DNA of 64,000 nucleotides from Candidatus Poseidoniales archaeon (GTDB lineage Archaea; Thermoplasmatota; Poseidoniia; Poseidoniales; Thalassarchaeaceae): NCBI GenBank assembly GCA_028283505.1, contig JAPOFX010000003.1:68125-132124 (forward strand), read 5' to 3'. Under the pieces are notes generated by a model. The model ran no database searches. It was not told where the DNA came from and saw only the letters and a program-made list of their open reading frames with translations. Made by a program: the position numbers and the translations under genes. Of the stretch, positions 60,028-64,000 are shown one piece after another. The stretch's first letter is position 1. Every line of letters starts with the position of its first letter.

Positions 60028-61425
60028 ATGTACACATACACTCATGAGACTGTTGTGGACGCGGATATCGACACAACCTTTCAGTGGTTTGAGCATGAAG
60101 GCTCTTTCAGGAGGCTCATGCCTCCATGGGAGGTAGCGGAAGAAGTTCGTGCGGATGATTCATTGGGAGTCGGATCGCAGAGGGTTTTCAGATTCCCAGC
60201 ACCGGGTGCACCATTCCTGAAGATGACTTGGGTAGCCGAGCATACCGCGTATGACCCACCCAACCATTTTGCTGACACCATGATCAAAGGGCCATTTTGG
60301 TCATGGAACCACGACCACAATCTATCAGAAGTGGAAGGAACCACCACTGTGAGGGATGAGGTGACCTATCAAGTTCCATTTGGACCCCTTGGGAACCTTG
60401 TGGACAGAATACTCAGGGGTTCTCTAGTCAAGGGAAGAATCTCAAGGATGTTCAAGGCCAGAGAGCTTAGGCTACAGAGAGATCTAAACGAACATTCAAA
60501 ATTCTCCCATCTTGGAAGAAAGAGAATCCTAGTTGCGGGTTCTTCCGGGCTTATTGGGACTCAACTTGTAGCATTCCTAGATACGGGTGGCCACGACGTT
60601 TGGAGACTTGTGAGAAGAGAGGCAAATGAAAACTCCAAAGAGCTTAGTTGGTATCCGGACAAAGGTATTTTGAATCCTAAGGACATTGAGGGGTTTGACG
60701 TCATCATCCATCTGGGAGGAGCTGGTATTGGGGATAAGAGATGGAACAAGAAGAGGAAGAATCTCATTATCAACTCAAGAAAAGACTCTACTATTCTTCT
60801 ATCAGACACCATGAGCGAGCTAGAGAAAAAGCCTGAGGCATTCATCGTGGCCAGTGCTATCGGATATTATGGAAATCGTGATGACGAGGAGCTGACTGAG
60901 GATAGCCCGCCAGGGAATGGATTCCTCACTGAGACGGTTATTCAGTGGGAGTCGTATGCAGATTCAGCGAGAGATGCTGGAATAAGAGTCGTCAATACAC
61001 GAAACGGAATCGTTCTCTCAGCCGCTGGAGGAGCCTTGGGAAGGATGCTTCTTCCGTGGAAAATGGGAGGAGGAGGGCCTTTGGCTGGCGGAAAACAGTG
61101 GATGTCTTGGATCTCTCTGGATGATGAAATATATGCGATTCACCACTTGATCATGAACACTGATTGTGAAGGTGCTTTCAACCTAACTGCTCCCGAACCG
61201 GTAAGGCAGAAGACATTCTCAAAGATTCTAGGAAGGGTTTTGAGAAGGCCTGCCATTGCACCCATTCCAGGATTCACAATGAGGATATTATTTGGTGAGC
61301 TTGCCGGACCTCTTCTGATTGAGGGGCAGAAAGTTCTGCCAAAAAGAATTCAAGAGTCCGGATATGAATTCTTACACAAAGACCTTGAGTCAGCCCTCAG
61401 AGATTCCCTCGGAATTTGGAGGTAA
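60028..61425 (+). CDS. SRPBCC domain fused to a YfcH/SDR39U1-type (TIGR01777-like) NAD-binding epimerase-family protein
   Basis: The N-terminal roughly 150 aa are SRPBCC-like (DADIDTTFQWFEHEGSFRRLMPPWE). A Rossmann motif, ILVAGSSGLIGTQLVAFL, follows, and then a DUF1731-like C-terminus (KVLPKRIQESGYEFLHKDLESAL). Confidence 0.75.
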   Translation: MYTYTHETVVDADIDTTFQWFEHEGSFRRLMPPWEVAEEVRADDSLGVGSQRVFRFPAPGAPFLKMTWVAEHTAYDPPNHFADTMIKGPFWSWNHDHNLSEVEGTTTVRDEVTYQVPFGPLGNLVDRILRGSLVKGRISRMFKARELRLQRDLNEHSKFSHLGRKRILVAGSSGLIGTQLVAFLDTGGHDVWRLVRREANENSKELSWYPDKGILNPKDIEGFDVIIHLGGAGIGDKRWNKKRKNLIINSRKDSTILLSDTMSELEKKPEAFIVASAIGYYGNRDDEELTEDSPPGNGFLTETVIQWESYADSARDAGIRVVNTRNGIVLSAAGGALGRMLLPWKMGGGGPLAGGKQWMSWISLDDEIYAIHHLIMNTDCEGAFNLTAPEPVRQKTFSKILGRVLRRPAIAPIPGFTMRILFGELAGPLLIEGQKVLPKRIQESGYEFLHKDLESALRDSLGIWR

Positions 61426-61429
61426 GGCA

Positions 61430-61801
61430 GTGGGAGACGCCAAAAAGGCAATCAGAAATATTTCAGAAGCTGGCAGGAAGAACAGGCTTTATGGTGGTAT
61501 TGGATTAATCTTTCTTGGTCTCGGTTTTACTGTGATTGCCCCTCCAAGTAGTAGTCCTCTCATTTTCTTTCTATCATCGGGGATTTTCACATCTGGGTGT
61601 TTGGTTTTGCTTGAGTCTACCACACAAGTATGTGTATATCACGGCTTTCTAGGCACCCATGAGTCTTCATCTGGAGGTAAAAGGCATGAGAATGAGGATA
61701 TTGCGAGGGCCTGCAGAACAAGGAGCTGGGGGATAATATTCCAATCAATGATTGGAGGGGTTTTGATCACTCTAGTTCTGGCCTATTTCTCAACTAGTTG
61801 A
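61430..61801 (+). CDS. Hypothetical small membrane protein (about 3 TM helices)
   Basis: The GTG at 61430 has GGAGGT 6 nt upstream and lies just after the previous stop. TM segments are LYGGIGLIFLGLGFTVIA, LIFFLSSGIFTSGCLVLL and WGIIFQSMIGGVLITLVLAYF. The track start at 61319 overlaps the preceding gene. Confidence 0.4.
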   Translation: MGDAKKAIRNISEAGRKNRLYGGIGLIFLGLGFTVIAPPSSSPLIFFLSSGIFTSGCLVLLESTTQVCVYHGFLGTHESSSGGKRHENEDIARACRTRSWGIIFQSMIGGVLITLVLAYFSTS

Positions 61802-64000
61802 CTCTACAGGGATTTCATCACTCGGAATTCTATGAAGTAATCCAATCAGAGCGGGTGCCACAATCATACTTGCTATCAGGGAAAGAATGATCATAATGGC
61901 ACAGAAAAGTCCAAAGGTGGAAAAGAATCCCATTTTTGACTGGTTAATTACCATGAATCCAGCGAAATCAGATAGGGCAGAGCCGAAGAGAGCCAATCCT
62001 GAAGCACCCCCAACAACTGCTACGGACTCTAATTGGGATTTGCCTTCTTGGATTTCTTCTCTATATCTCTCGATTAGGTGTATAACGTAGTCCACGCCCA
62101 CTCCTAAGGAGATCGCAGCGATGGAGACCGTGACCATGTTCAGCCCATAGCCGAATAAATCGACTAAAGCATAGAGCCATACTATCATAATGAAAATTGG
62201 GGCGGTCGTTATTCCCGCATACACGAAAGGAGTGGTGCCGAAGATCAAAGATAACAAAAGAGCGAGAACTGCGAAGGGAATTACATAACTCTGGTCGACA
62301 AGTGTGATTGATATTACGGAAAAGACGACTACATTCAGGAATATTGGCAAACTGTTTTTACGAATCTCGGAGATATTCTTTTTCAGTCTCTCCTTTGTAG
62401 TACCATTGTCTCTGAATCCCCACCAAAGAGTAACAAAACAAAGTAAAATCCCAAGGAGTATGGTATCTTGTAAATCGTCTTGCATCGAGTCTGCGGCCAC
62501 AAATCTCACTACTGGCTCTCCTGTTGGGATTGCCCATGAGATTGGGTACTGCTCATTGGAAAGAGCGTTTTGTAGTGATCCTCTTTCCCTCAAGGGATTT
62601 GCAGAGAGATTCTGGAGGGGCAACATGTCTTGCTCCAGTTGTGCCAGAGCTGGTTCTACTAGAGCAAACTGTTCGGGACTGGATATTCCAAATCTTAAAG
62701 TCGCTCTAGGATAGACAGGGGATTTGCCTTCTTGGGTCAGCCATGGTTTCTGGTAATCCAGTTTTCCCTGCACCTGAAGGAACTCTCCCACTATACTAGG
62801 TGAAAGTGCTGGATATCCGCCACTGGCAGGGACTCCTCTGGTCATCATGAACCCGTATAGAAACTTCAGGGATCTACTGTCATTAGTCGAGGGTATGAAA
62901 ATGAATTCAAAATCTCTGTTAGGGATCACTACTGTTTCACATCCAATCCCACCATCTCTTAATCCAAAATCCCAACCAGCCTGCTCGAATGGAGTCTGAT
63001 TCCATGCCATTGCCGCTCTCAGATACCAAAGCATTTGGTCGACGGCAAGAAGCTCAACTTCTCCATCTGGAGATCTAGTGAGTTGATCAGGATCTTCCGG
63101 ACTATGAGAATTCATGTTATTTCTTAGCTCTTCGATACTTTCCAGAACCCTAGGATTTGTCATGTTCCCTTCGACAAGTATGTAGGCAGGCTCGCCCTCA
63201 TCACTAAACCTCTGATTAATCAGACCCACACCCACCGCCAAATCAGACTCCTCCTCAACAAAGTCCTCTACCTGGAAATCCCCCTCTAGTGATGTCATGA
63301 GTGGAACTGCATAAACCGTGACTAGGAGAACAGTGATTATCACTAAGGGAAACGCTTTGAATGACTTCGTTGTGATAGACGACAACCATGCCTTGGGAAC
63401 CATATGGATTTTATCTGGGTCTTCTTCAATGAGTCTCCCCTTGGAATCTAGCCACTCGTCTACATCCATTCTTGTCAAAGGGACCCAGAGTCCAGTCAAG
63501 AAAAACGCACACATTACCCCGATTCCAGCTTCTATTCCAAATGATCTCAATGCGGCGATACTAGAGGTGAGGTTTGCTGAGAAGGCGACAATTGTAGTAA
63601 CTGAGGTAAGCATAACAGCAAGTCCAACTTTACTTATTGAGGTCCTGCACGACTCCTCTATTGTTCTCCCTCCCCTTCTTTCCTCCTTGTATCTATGGAG
63701 GGAGTGTAAACTGTCATCAATCTCTAGAGCCAAAATTAGTATGGGTAGCAGATTGGAAAATTGGGAACGGAAAATAAATTCAAAACCTGTTCTCTGTCCA
63801 AAAATCATTGCCCAACCAATTAGCCCATACATCCAGATAAGTGAGACTACTAGGCTAGTGGAAACTATGGCTACATCAGATATCCTTCGAAGATTAATCC
63901 AAAGAAGGAAGACAACAATTACCGACATTGCTACCAGCAGATAAGCGCTGGAAAGAAGCTCTCTGTTGATTTCCACATTGATCCCTTCTGCGAACATCAA
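61790..64000 (-). CDS. RND-superfamily (MMPL/SSD-type) exporter, N-terminally truncated by the window edge
   Basis: Two TM bundles flank a soluble loop of about 330 aa. The bundles carry the paired motifs LALEIDDSLHSLHRYKEER and SLGVGVDYVIHLIERYREE. The ORF is open to position 64000. Confidence 0.8.
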   Translation of the reverse strand: MMFAEGINVEINRELLSSAYLLVAMSVIVVFLLWINLRRISDVAIVSTSLVVSLIWMYGLIGWAMIFGQRTGFEFIFRSQFSNLLPILILALEIDDSLHSLHRYKEERRGGRTIEESCRTSISKVGLAVMLTSVTTIVAFSANLTSSIAALRSFGIEAGIGVMCAFFLTGLWVPLTRMDVDEWLDSKGRLIEEDPDKIHMVPKAWLSSITTKSFKAFPLVIITVLLVTVYAVPLMTSLEGDFQVEDFVEEESDLAVGVGLINQRFSDEGEPAYILVEGNMTNPRVLESIEELRNNMNSHSPEDPDQLTRSPDGEVELLAVDQMLWYLRAAMAWNQTPFEQAGWDFGLRDGGIGCETVVIPNRDFEFIFIPSTNDSRSLKFLYGFMMTRGVPASGGYPALSPSIVGEFLQVQGKLDYQKPWLTQEGKSPVYPRATLRFGISSPEQFALVEPALAQLEQDMLPLQNLSANPLRERGSLQNALSNEQYPISWAIPTGEPVVRFVAADSMQDDLQDTILLGILLCFVTLWWGFRDNGTTKERLKKNISEIRKNSLPIFLNVVVFSVISITLVDQSYVIPFAVLALLLSLIFGTTPFVYAGITTAPIFIMIVWLYALVDLFGYGLNMVTVSIAAISLGVGVDYVIHLIERYREEIQEGKSQLESVAVVGGASGLALFGSALSDFAGFMVINQSKMGFFSTFGLFCAIMIILSLIASMIVAPALIGLLHRIPSDEIPVESTS

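Noticed and set aside
60028-61425. SRPBCC-YfcH fusion as a novel architecture
   Set aside because: To my knowledge this domain combination is widespread in bacteria and plastid-bearing eukaryotes (TIGR01777-type proteins), so it is not unusual in itself. I noted it only as part of the photolyase neighbourhood.
1-64000. CRISPR arrays, IS elements, integrases, prophage or defence-system genes; tRNA-linked integration at tRNA-Tyr (26413-26516) or tRNA-Thr (43807-43883)
   Set aside because: I saw no regularly spaced direct repeats and no transposase, integrase or recombinase motifs. I saw no duplicated tRNA 3' ends flanking either tRNA. Both tRNAs are tightly packed between housekeeping genes.

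Overview
This window reads as a 64-kb, roughly 93% coding chromosomal segment of a proteorhodopsin-bearing marine euryarchaeon. The gene content fits Marine Group II / Poseidoniales. Supporting that are archaeal eL15 and eL21, Rpo4/F, Pus10, FtsZ, a PGF-CTERM sorting signal, an intron-bearing tRNA-Tyr with a C1-G72 pair, and very acidic secreted proteins. All functional calls come from motifs I recognised by eye in the supplied translations. No homology search was run, and start codons are approximate.

Layout:
- 1-10.5 kb: an 11-subunit nuoA-N type complex I operon (minus strand). It lacks nuoEFG, has a split nuoJ, and carries insertions in NuoH, NuoI and NuoL.
- 10.6-25.3 kb: five co-directional genes for giant secreted or membrane-anchored proteins of 896, 1492, 186, 1464 and 800 aa. 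They include an S8 subtilase, PKD domains and many CARDB/NEW3-like Ig repeats. Two of them end in a cytoplasmic zinc-ribbon tail behind the membrane anchor. This is the least explained part of the window and my best candidate for something new.
- 25.3-34.1 kb: a visibly GC-richer stretch. It holds a PRC-barrel protein, eL15, intron-containing tRNA-Tyr, ftsZ, a PGF-CTERM glycoprotein, hisS, and an M14 carboxypeptidase translationally coupled to an NSS amino-acid symporter plus an unannotated 39-aa TM ORF.
- 34.2-46.8 kb: mscS, gpmA, an SRPBCC protein, a blue-tuned (Q105) DTE proteorhodopsin, an orphan membrane protein, HAD, uppS, Nudix, RidA, MFS, PMM/PGM, tRNA-Thr, pgk and an M24 peptidase.
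- 46.8-64 kb: 2Fe-2S ferredoxin, the conserved archaeal eL21-rpoF-DUF655-ksgA cluster, pus10, an ABC1 kinase / CrtI-like / ABA4-like (DUF4281) / DUF971 operon, a ribA-bcp-trmB operon divergent from a class II photolyase, an SRPBCC-YfcH fusion, and a truncated RND/MMPL transporter.

I saw no CRISPR array, transposase, integrase, rRNA or recognisable defence system.
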